Part shown: positions 1 through 10,940 of the stretch, one piece after another
How positions within the stretch are numbered: position 1 is the first letter of the stretch
How the letters are laid out: every line of letters begins with the position of its first letter
Assembly (NCBI GenBank): GCA_004431415.1
Contig: QPMI01000507.1
Location: 186,001-250,000 of the forward strand
DNA from: Cyanophora paradoxa CCMP329
Lineage: Eukaryota > Plantae > Glaucophyta
Length of the DNA stretch: 64,000 bases
Direction of reading: 5' to 3'
Translations under genes and position numbers: made by a program
Notes under the pieces: model-generated
Database searches by the model: none
Seen by the model: the letters and a program-made list of their open reading frames with translations, nothing else
Told to the model about the DNA's origin: nothing

Positions 1-1312
1 AATATATTATGGCTCGAAGAACACTGGCCTACGCGGCCGAGGAGCAAGGGAAGGTGTACATCTGCACGAATCCGTTGGATCCATCGGCATTGGAGTATCG
101 AAAAATCGGCCCCTCGAGCTCCCCCTCAGCTAGCGCTTCCTGCAAGAGCTCTGCAAGCCTGTTGAAAGTTTCGAAATCAAAGAAAAGTTCGTCCTGGCCA
201 GCGCCCTCCTCTTGGTCATAATTATAATCTGGCCAGCGTCCCTGCGACATGGGTCGACGTCAAGGGAGAAGAAGCGCGCGCGACGCTAGCGCTTGCTTTC
301 GGCTGCAGGGGTCGGAAACGGACCGTACCTGCCACAAGAGGGCGGCCGCAGCGAGGCCAGGAGGCGGGATTCGAAGGGCGTGCACGGGCGTCAGAATGGA
401 GCGCGCGGGTGCCTGCGCATGCACACGCAGAAAACAAAACCATTCGGACGCGTACGTGGTGGGGCAGACTGTAAAAATGTAGATAAATTAAATGAAGCCA
501 TTTAAATCAAATGCGCACCCCGAGAAGCTTCGGCAGGCGTGAAAGCGCCATGGCCAGCGCTGTCGCCGCGGGACGCCGCGGTTCCTTGCAATTGCCCTCA
601 TGCATATGATCAGTCTCGCTCCCGATCGCTCGCTGCGGCGCCGGCGCCCTGGCCATGGCAATATTAATTAGGCATGTGCGCAGCAGACGCATGCATGCGC
701 ACATGTACTCCTGGGCATAGAAAATGGCGCCGGCACATGTACAAGAGACCGTCGCCACCGCGAGAACGCGGACGGCCGCCCTTGCCGCGGACGCGGGAGC
801 TTGGTGCACATCGATATTTGGGAAAATCTTGCGCAAGGCTCGATGTAGACGCTCAAACATCGCGGCTGACGTCGACGTCGACGCTGAGTTGCGGCTGAGC
901 TGCTGTGACAGGTCACGCTCGAAGCTGCTGTGACAGGTCACGGAGACGATACCGACGTTTCCAACGCTCTGGCGCTCGCGCTCGCAGCGAACGACGGCGC
1001 GCGGCAGATATCGATGTAGAAATTAAACTCGATATCGATGCCAACCGCCACAGGGTACGAGGTCCGATGGCTTCGTCCCCCCTCACAAAAAAAAACGCTT
1101 CGCGGCGGGCCAGAGCAGCGGCTGCGCCCCTCCCGCTCCCGCTCCAGCGCCGCTACGATGTCAGACGCTCTTGCACCGCCCGGAGCATTCCCCAGCGCTC
1201 CGCGAGTCCGCGACCGCTGCAGAAGACACCGCCGATCCTCGAGCTCAGACAGGCCGCCCGCGACAGCCTTTTACGCGACCGGGATCAGAGATAAAGTAGC
1301 GGCGCGGCCAGC

Positions 1313-4213
1313 ATGACGGGGAAGCGCGAGCCGCTCTCGCGCAAGGCCTACTTGATCCGCCTCGCGGGCGGCGTCTCGGCGCTCGTCGTCGGTGCGCCGT
1401 GCCCCGCGCCCTCCGTCTGCAGCTGCTCGCCTCACGCATACGACGGGTCGCAGGGGCGGCGCTGGCGGTGGTGCTGGCGGTCGTCGCGGGCGTCGGGGTG
1501 CCGGCGGCGGTGCGCGAGGCGATGCTGCGCGAGATCCGCTTCACGGAGAAGGCCGGGAGCGCCTACGAAAGGTACCGCGCGCTCTTCCACCCCTCTGGCG
1601 CGCCTGACGGGGCGGCAGCTGGGCGGAGACGAAGGCAGGGGACGCGCCGGTGTACTTGAAGGTCCGCGCCGGCGCCGCGGGGCCGGGGTGGCGGGGGCGG
1701 ACACGGGGGGCGGCAGGTGTACGGTTTCAACGTGACGAACGCGGGGGAGGTGCTGGGGGCCGGGGCGCGGCCGGCGCTGCGGGAGGTGGGCCCCTACGTG
1801 TACCGCATGTGGAGCCGCAAGCTCGACGTCCGCTTCGAGGGCGACGCCGTCGCCTACAAGGACTGGACCCGCTTCGTCTTCGAGCCGTCCCTCTCCGCCG
1901 GGCCCGACTCCGACACCGTCACCGGTGCGCGCCCCGCGCCCCGCCCTCGCCCCGGGCCGGCGGCGAGGCCGGGGGCGGGCAGGGCCGAACATCGCGTACG
2001 CGGCGCTGCTCGCGAGCCCGCTGCTCGAGCGCGGCGAGCTCAGCCTCCGCGCCGCCCTCACCGCCGCCGCCATCGGCTCCCCGGTCCGCCCGCCCGCCCT
2101 CGCCCCGCGCCGCTGCGGGGCCGACGGGGCGGCAGGCGGGGCTCCCGAGCGGGGCGGCGCTGGCGCTCTTCTTCAACGCGGGGATGGACGCGCAGGCCGC
2201 CGCCGCCGCCGCCGCCAACGACACCCGCCTCGCCGCCTGTCCGCCCCGCCCGCCCGCCCCGCCGCCCCCGCCCCGCCCCGCCGCCGGCCGACGGGCCCCG
2301 CAGTCTTCGCCGCCGCCAAGCTTTCGCCCGCCACCGCCGACGGTGCGCGCCGCCCCCGGCGCGGTGCGGGGTGCTGGGCGAGGCTGAGGGGCGGGCAGGG
2401 GTGGTGGCGGCGCTCGGGGGCAAGGCGGAGGCGTACGGGTGGTTCGACGAGCGGGCGGGGGACGGGACGCACGCGGAGTTCGGGCGGGTGCTGGCGGCCC
2501 TCAACGCGAGCGCCCCGCAGGCCATCGCCCTCCACGCCTTCTTCCGCGCCATGTACCGCACCCAGGCCCGCCCCCACGCCCCGCCCCGCCCCGGGCCGCC
2601 GCTGACGCCGCCGCAGATCGTGCCGTCGTTCGGGTACCGGGCGCCGGTGGAGGGCCAGATGCTGCTGGTGACGCGGCCGGTGCGGGAGTGGGTCTTCGGG
2701 TACCGGGACCCGCTGCTGGCGGCGGTGCTGGGGCCGTCGCTGGGGGCGGCTGCGGCGGAGGCGGCGGCGTTCGTGGCGCTGCAGCGCAACGCCTCCGACG
2801 AGGCCGCCTTCCGCGCCTCCCCCGACGCCCGCGACGCCGCCTTCGACACCGGCGCCCGCCGTCCGCCCGCCCGCCCCGCCCCGCCCCCGCCCGCCGGCGC
2901 TCACGCCGGGCCGCAGACGTCGGGCGGGTGCGGCTGATGCGGCGCTTCCGGGGCGGGGAGTGCGTGCCGCAGGCGGGCGGGGCGTGCGTGCCGGTGGGCG
3001 GCCACGCGCTCGGCTCGTTCGCGCCGGAGTGGGCGGCGGAGGGGCGCGGGGCGGCAGCGGAGCGCCTCGCCACCTTCGACCCCTTCTACGAGCGCCCCCG
3101 CAACTTCTGCCGCGCCGCCGGCGAGGTCCACCCTCCCGCCCCTCCCCACCCCGCCCCGCCCCGCCCCGCCCCGCCGACGCCGGCGGCCCGCAGGAGCGGC
3201 TGCACGGGATGCTGCCCCTGTACCCCTTCGAGCCGTGCCCCGACGCCGGCCCCTCTCTCCCGTGCGCCCCCCCGCGCCCGTCGCCCGCCGTCGTCGCGCA
3301 ACGCTGGGGGGCGGGGCAGGGTGGCGGGGCTGGGGGCGGTGCCCGGGGCGGACATGAGCGCCAAGTACGGGGCGCCGGTGGTCTTCACGGCGCCGCACTT
3401 CTGCGGGGCGCCGGCCCTCGCCGCCGCCGTCGCCGGCCTGGCGTGCGAGCCGCGGCGGCACGGGAGCCGCCTCGGGGTGGAGCCGCGCACGGGCCTGGCG
3501 ATGGAGGCGCGGCTCGCCGTGCAGGGGAACGTGGCGCTGGCGCGGGCGGCCCTCGCCGCGGATCCCGCGGGGACCCTCTCGCCGGCCGCCCTCGAGGCGC
3601 TCTTCGGGCGGCCCCCGCGCTCCTCCTCCCCGGCCTCTGGCTCCAGCTCGCCGCCCGCGCCGGCCCCGCGCAGGCGCCCCCGCCGCCCCCCGCCCCCGCC
3701 CCGCGCGGCTGACGGGGCGGCAGGTGGCGGACTTTGTGGCGGCGACGGAGGCGGCGGGGGCGCTGCAGGCCGGCCTCTACGCCGCCGCCGGCTGCGCGGG
3801 GGCGCCCTCCTCCTCCTCGGCGCCCTCCTCCTCGCTTCCGCCCTCCGCCGGCCCCCGGCGCCCCGCCCCGCCCCCGTCCACCCGCTCGCCCCCGCCAAGG
3901 CCCCGCCGGCCGCCGCCGAGGGAGAGCCCGAGGGGCGCGTCGTCGTCCACACGCTCGCCCCCGCCAAGGCCCCGCCGGCGGCCCCCGCGGGGAGCCCGAG
4001 GGGCGCGTCGTCGTCCGCACGCCCGCCCCGCCGCAGGGCGCGCCCCGCCCGCCCCCGAAGCTCGTCCCCGTCGCCGGCGCGCCCCCCGCGAAGAGCGCGG
4101 GGGAGGGGCCGGGGGAGGCGGAGGGGGCGCGGCTCTTCGTGCGGGCGCTGGGCCCCGTGGAGGAGGCGGGCCCCGCCGCCCCCGCCGAGCTCACCCTCGC
4201 CGACCTCCCCTAG
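1313..4213 (+). CDS. CD36 / scavenger receptor class B (LIMP-II/Croquemort-like) membrane protein, about 13 exons
   Basis: Manual splicing gives an N-terminal TM, then W..VYLKVYGFNVTN..EV..G.RP.LREVGPYVYR..K..V.F...V.Y...F.FEPSLS.G.DSDTVT.PN, later GAPVVFTAPHF and LGVEPRTGLAMEARLAVQGN, and a C-terminal TM. These are CD36-family motifs. About 12 short introns, several with ctgac-like branch points. One single-base frameshift near 3610. Confidence 0.9.
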
Positions 4214-4673
4214 GCCCCAGGCGCCGCGGCACCCGCCTCTGATCATATAGCTAATGTATCGCTGATCATGAGAGCAAATATATAATTCTCCCTTGCTGAA
4301 ATCACTGTGCGCATGCTGAGTGCCATCCGATGATCTCCCATACATGCTTTCAGCCTTCTCCCTAGGCCTTGAAATTGCATGCATGCATTCCTTGCATGAA
4401 GAAGAGCGCTAGAGATAGAGCGGGCCGGGCCCGGGGGGATTTATAATTAAATTAGCGCCTTTGGGAAACGCGGGGAGTCCCGGCCCGGCGGCCCCCAAGT
4501 GCAAAAGCGATCGCGCCGCGCACTCAATTGCAAGCCCCCTGCAGCTGAACCGGTGCGACATGCGCATGCGCATGCGCATGCGCGCGTCGCTGCGCTATGA
4601 TTCATTGCAGAAGTTCGAGGCTCGCGCCTGAACCTTCGAGTTCGATTTCGCGCAGAGCGCCCATCGCCGCGAC

Positions 4674-6557
4674 ATGGACATGTACATTTCTTCCAGCGTC
4701 GACGTCCGCGCGCCCGGAGCTGCGGTACTCTCAAGCCAGCCGCTATTTGTAAGCTTTGCGGGAATTTCCGCATGCACAGCGAGCTCCATGCACGTGGGGC
4801 CGGCTCGCCCATTTTCCGCGTCGCGATCGACGACGACAGCGCCGCGGCCGCAGCTCAGCGCGCGCGCGGACGTGCGCGCTCACACCGCCAGAACTCGAAG
4901 CTTCTCAGGCCTAGGGCTGAAACTCTTCGACATCAATCGCCCAGCATGCGCAGCACCGCTGAAGATTTTCGCGGCTGCCGGCGCTAGCGCTGATGGCTTC
5001 GAGATCAACCCCTCGAGCCCGCAATCGCCTGATCCAAAGCAGCTGCGGGCGTCGTCGTTTATCGACATCGACGCGGCGGCATTCGCCGCGCCCGTCATGC
5101 CGCCGGACGACTTCCTGGAATGGCTGCGATGGCTTGCCGCCTTCACGGGCGCGGATGATGTCGACGTCAGCGCCGACCCTGGGCGGTTCGCTGTATTAAT
5201 CGCAATTATGCGATTTTCCCTTGCTTCTGTTTCTGAGAAAGGCGAATTTTCGCGCATGCGCAGGGCCTTCTCGAAGCAGGAAGTGAAGACGCTTCTGCAG
5301 CGCGTTGAGAAGGCTGTCGTCACCAAGCGCATCGAGCAGGCGATCGCGGACGCCAGTGAGCGTGAGCACTATTTAATTTCCGCTGACACTGTGTGACAAG
5401 TGAGCGAAGCTTTAATTTTTTTATAATTTCGTATTGAATCATCGGCGTCGGGCAGATCGTGGGCGCCAGTATATCGATATCTACTTCAACATCCGGAAGC
5501 CCGATGCGGAGGATTTCGAGATCCTCGACATTCCTGTGGCTGATCATGACATCGACCGGCGCAAAGGCAAGTTCTCTAGATCTAGATCTACTAGTAGATC
5601 GATACCTCGAGTTCGATCCGGATACGTATACGGTATTTAACATATATGTATGCGAACGAATTGCATGAATTTAAAATTGTCCGTCGCAGGACTCGCTTCG
5701 GCCACTACGGCCCCGGGCTCGAAAGCCGCTGCTGAGATCGAGAGTTCGAAGAAGCCACCGCTCGGCTTCAGCTTCAGCTACTCCGTGCAGAACGCGAACC
5801 CAATCGCCGACGCCCTCGCCGACGCCGTCGAGCTCCTCGCCCGAGAGGCGGCCCTGGCCCCCGCGGCCGCGGCCGGCGCCGTCGTTGGCTCCCGCGGGCT
5901 CGAAGATCCGGACCTCCCGGGGAGCCTCGAGGCGGAGCTCCGCGCCCTCTACCGCCGCGCCGATCTCCTCGCAGCGAGTTTCACACAGGAGGGCCTGCTT
6001 CAGCAGCTCCGCCCCAAGCTCTCCTTTGCCAATCGCTACGTCCGCCCTTGTCAAATGTTTCGAATTCGATTCTTGCATCCTATAGCTAGCTATGAATTTC
6101 TCGCGATTGAGAGCTCGAGCCTTGATTGCAGGGCGACACTCTGGTGATGAGTTTCCAAGTCGACAGCAACAAGGTGTACTTCTCTAAGCGGGGTAATCAA
6201 AAAGAAGAATTTAAAAATTGCTGCGGGCTCGCTGTAATATAGTGCCGCCGATGACGGTCACGCCAGGCGAGGACGGCGGACGTTTCACGCCCCTCGAGGT
6301 GGCTGCCGTGCTGCGGTTCTACGCCCTCCTCAAGTGCTCCGTGAGCCCACCTCCGGATCCGTGGCCAGCTTGAATTTCTCGAGCTTTGAACCCGATCGAC
6401 GTCTCCTGCCGCCGTTCGCGATCGATGTCGCCTCACAGCGCGGCAGAAGGATGATGCGGAAGAGGCGGCGGCGATCCGAATCGAGCCGAAGATGCGGGGC
6501 CGCCTGCACCCGGACCTCCGCGCCCTCCTCGACGACCTCAAGCGCGCCCCCGCCTAG
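4674..6557 (+). CDS. Multi-exon protein of unknown function with a Ser/Ala/Arg-rich N-terminus (possible organelle transit peptide)
   Basis: ORFs 4674-5396 and 5650-6147 plus downstream exons to TAG 6555-6557. Frame is largely preserved in the duplicate because indels are mostly 6 nt. Exon boundaries are uncertain. Confidence 0.55.
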
Positions 6558-7595
6558 GACTGCGAATTCGAATCGATATCGCAACTGGCTTCCAGCTGCA
6601 ACATCCGCCCAATCGGCAATCGACATTGAGCTGATCCCGAAATTGTAAATAGAAATCATTGATATTGTGAAAATAAATCATTGAATTCATATATGTGATC
6701 AATCCGCATGCATATGAGACTGCATTTTACAAACTGGGCGCATTATATTAGCTACGCACACTCGCAATCGGCTATAGCTTAGCTTACAACTCTCAACTCT
6801 CAGGGAGGATTATCAGAACTCGAAGCTTAAGAGACTCGGCATATGTGCGCTTAAGCTTGCATATGCATGCATATGCATGCATGATCATGATCATGAGGCC
6901 CAAGCTTAAGCCAGGCGTGCAGCCGAAGTTCGGTGAGGGGAAAGGGAATGAAAAGAAGAAATGATCGAAGATAATGATGGCACCATAGCAATATATATAG
7001 CGGCTAGCTATAGCGCCAGATCCCGTTCATCCCTCGTGCGGTGGGGGGGGCCGTGTCTGACCAAATTATAATTAATGCACGTGCACATGTCGACGTCGAC
7101 GTTGGAGATTACAATTGACTATAGCTACCGTGCTACTTACCAGTAATTGATAATAACTACCGTAGTGCCGTCTCTATAGGATTGGAGTACGTGTGAGTGA
7201 AATTAAAAAGCCTTCCGCAGTGCGCATGCCGGCGCCGTCCCCTCGTGCACTTAGCTTGCGAGGGCGAGGAGCTTTTTTAGTTTGGAGCTCTCCACCCGCG
7301 CGCCAGGATGCTTGTCAAGGACCTCCTTCAGTGCCCGCGCCGCCCGCGCTGCCGCGGGGTCCGTCTGCGATATCGATGTGCGCCACTCGAAGTCTAAAAC
7401 TCCATCCACCATGACATTCTGCGCATGCACCAGATCTGGATTTAAGATTCGCGTGCGATGTAGATCGAGATCTAGAGCACTTAAAAAAATTGTTTTAAAG
7501 TTGGGCGGGGGGGCCGCATTGGGCAGTATACACCGTGGGCGGCGGAGCCCCCACCCCTCCCGAAAGCTTAAGCTCTGTTTCTGATCAGCTCATGA

Positions 7596-9750
7596 TCAAT
7601 CCGGGGCGATCCTTACCCAGACATCATCAGTGATCTTTCCCTTCGGCGCCAGATTCTGGTCAAGCAGCAGCTGGTTCACCCGTTGAACCGCCTCGACAGG
7701 GCGCCCTGCCTTGAAATATGCTTTCGCCAGCGTTGCAAGCAGCTGCGTATGCAAATTTAAATGGAATTCATGCTCCTGCGAACGCGAGTTCAGGTTCAGG
7801 TTCAACGCACTTCTGATTTTGAGTTCAGGTTCAGGCTCTTCAGAAGTTTCGGATCTTGGAGCATCTCGAAGGCCTCGTCGAGCGCCTTGCAATGAGAGAG
7901 CGCCTGGAAGCACATTATGCACAAATTATATATACGACGCAAAGAAATCGGCACAGTGCACCTTGATACAACCGCAGACGAAATTCGATTTATCGCGTAA
8001 TTTGGATAGCCCTCCATGACTTCCATTTTGCAGTGCATTCAAAAGGTTCTTGATGTTTGCGACGCCCTTACGCTCTGACCCCGAATGTCGCGAGTAATAC
8101 TCTGAACGACGATTAGGATCCGGAGTTGCTGATCATGAAATTAAAAGGCATAGGGCGTAGGGACCGAACCGAAGATGCAAGAGAATGCTCGACCATTCAA
8201 CTGAACCTCTCCTTCTTCGGATGCGCTGAGGATCTCCTGGATGATCTGCTGAGCGTCATGAAATCTGATAGTTCTTTCGAAAGCCTGCAACAAACAGGTT
8301 AAAGGAAGTCAAGCATGCAGAAGTCAAGATACTGGAGCACGTCGACGATTGCGACGAAAGTTGCGGGATCGACGAGAAGACGGCCTTCCGGCATCATCGC
8401 TCGAGCGACTCCAAGCATTTGCAGAAGTTTATCAGCGTGTATATACGTAACCTTCGCTGCCCCGGAAGTCTCAGAGCGATTTTATGAATATAATAATATA
8501 AATAAAGCAAATCATCAGTACTAGTCGTGGGCACTTTGGGGCGTACGCACCGACGGGCTTGATATAGGCTCCGAACACAACAGGTGTGGCGTAGCCCTCC
8601 CGCTTGGCTTCCTTCAGCCATTCCAACGCGCGCTTCGGATCATGGTGCCACAGATTTGAAGGATTCGCGAAGTGGTGGATCTGGGACGTCCGTCAACGAG
8701 CTATGATATAAGCTGACAATCAGAGCTAGACTGTGCATCCAGAAATTAAAACGTACCATTATAGAATAGGACTCTTCATTGAACTGGAGGCCTGCATCTT
8801 TCATCTCTCTCCGCAACAGCCGGATAACGGCGACAATGCTCGCTTCGAGTATTTCGAAATCCGATCGGCGAGCTCCTAGGCCTTCGATCAGGTCTAGCGC
8901 CGCTGCAGCCTCCTTGGGGCACGCGAGGCACAGCTTGATGTATGCATCTGTGAAATGTCGAACGTTAACAAGCTCAAGATCAAGCACTGTGCATGCAACA
9001 TGCGCACGTAAAGAAATCCGATCACGCTGTACGCCCAGTTCCGGCATCAGATCCCAGAAACGTTGCCCGTATTCGAATTTCCAGCTGCATCTCTGCTTTT
9101 TTGTGCAGGCGTCTATGAGAGCGCTGAAAGAAGCGCTGCTGACAGGAACTCCGTCCTCTTTGCATTGAAGGAGGATTTTCTCTGCACTCTCCAGAGTGTC
9201 CTTGCGGCCCGTTTTCGCATACGATTGCAGCCGGGCACGAAACTGAAGTACTAGTTAGATATTTAAACCTCAAGCGATTCGAATGCGAAATAGCACCTTT
9301 GCATCGATATCCCCCGTACCGCGAGCGTTGCGTTTACTGACACGCGTACGCGACCCGCGCTTAAACGTATACATAGACTCTTCGCTATCGTATACTTCTG
9401 TGGGATCGATGTGGAACTTCATGTCGATCGGGCGATCTGTAGAATTTAAATTAACCTCCGGTCAGCCTGCTAGCTGCAAATATGCTGCACATGCATATGC
9501 ACGCGTGACGCACCTCGGCCGGTTTCGGGCTCTTCGTTTCCGCTGTGCTTGCCGTCTCCACCGTCGACGTCATGATCAGCGTTGTCCCCATGGCCACCGG
9601 TAGCATGGCCACCGTATGGATCCGTCGACGCGAAAAGCGGAATCGATATCGTAGGCGAAGGAAGCAGCTGCCGTACTTGTGCGCGTGCTGATTTCGACAG
9701 GCCGAATCGGGAGGACCCGGAGAAGGTCCGAGAACGGCGCAATCGCAGCT
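7596..9750 (-). CDS. Pentatricopeptide-repeat (PPR)-like helical repeat protein, multi-exon, possibly degenerate
   Basis: Exon fragments REMKDAGLQFNEESYSIM, MPELGVQRDRISL, QALSHCKALDEAFEML and LATLAKAYFKAGRPVEAVQ resemble the PPR consensus. Start and exon structure are unresolved. Confidence 0.6.
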
Positions 9751-10940
9751 GAAAGCCAGCGTTGACGTTGACGTCTTCGAATTCGTGCGTGTACGCGTCT
9801 TGGCCATGGAATCTGCGCATACGCAAGTGGTAGTTTTAAAATTTAATTTATGATCACAATCTATATAGCTAGTGCACAGGCTAGCTATATAGGCGTAGTC
9901 TCTCAAAAACAAATAGCTATATAGGCGACCGGCGCAAAATTAAAGTGCCTGCGCATGCCCCGGCCCGGCGCCCGGCACGCGTACGCACAAGATCGACATC
10001 GATGCTCTAGATCTCAATCGAGATCGCGAGCTCGCGCTGATCATGAAGCTCAATTGCGATTGCAAGGGGTCGCGTTGCAACTGATCAAGAGATCGAGATT
10101 GACCGGCTAGCGCTGCATGCGCAGAGCTGGAACGCGGTCCCAGTGATACAGAGTGATACCTGCGAATCATTCAATTGTGCGCAATGTGTCGACGTGCTCG
10201 CCGACTCAGCGGCGAGTCGCGGATCGCAGCGATCGCGACCGGCGCTGACCGCGGTCGGTTGCAATTATATAATTAATTATATTGTTTATATAATTAATTT
10301 TGGGGAGAGCGTCGGCGTACGTGTCGGCCGCGGCCGCGGGGCCGCGCGGCGATTGACGGCGCGCGCATGAAGACGCCGAATTCGAAGCCTCGAGAAAACT
10401 CAAGCTCGAGGCCGGCGCCGAGACCGCGGCTGGCGCCTGCGAGTTGTACATGCCATATGCATGTGATCAGCGCGCGCGCGCGCGCGGCCGCCCGCGCGGA
10501 ACACGTGGACGCGAGCCTCGCACGGAGTCGCACCTGGCCATGGCCTGGCCAACAGCTGGCCACGTGCACGAACGCCGCCATCGTGACAGGCGCCGTCACG
10601 CTCGAAGCTCAGCCGACGATGCCGCTGCGCCGAACTCGATGTTGAGGGAGCTCCGACGCTCGCGTGCGCGGCGGCTGGCGAACTTCGCGCCCGACAGCCA
10701 CGTGCACAGGGTAATGAATTTGCCGGCTTGCTTTCGTACCCCCCTCAAAACAACCGTGTCGGGGCTTCCGATGGCAGGCGCTGCGATGGCAGGCGCTCCC
10801 GCGCAGCTCGGCGCATTCCCCAGCGCTCCGCGAGTCCGCGACCGCTGCAGAAGACACCGCCGATCCTCGAGCTCAGACAGGCCGCCCGCGACAGCCTTTT
10901 ACGCGACCGGGATCAGAGATAGAGCATCGGCGCGGCCATC

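Larger units (their letters stand above)
1070..6965 (+). repeat. Segmental duplication, copy 1 (CD36-like gene plus unknown gene)
   Basis: Near-identical to 10730-16465, e.g. gcattccccagcgctccgcgagtccgcg at ~1184 and ~10813. Edges are approximate. Confidence 0.92.

Noticed and set aside
29-250. Possible exon fragment at the window start
   Set aside because: It looks protein-like but is too short, with no recognisable motif.
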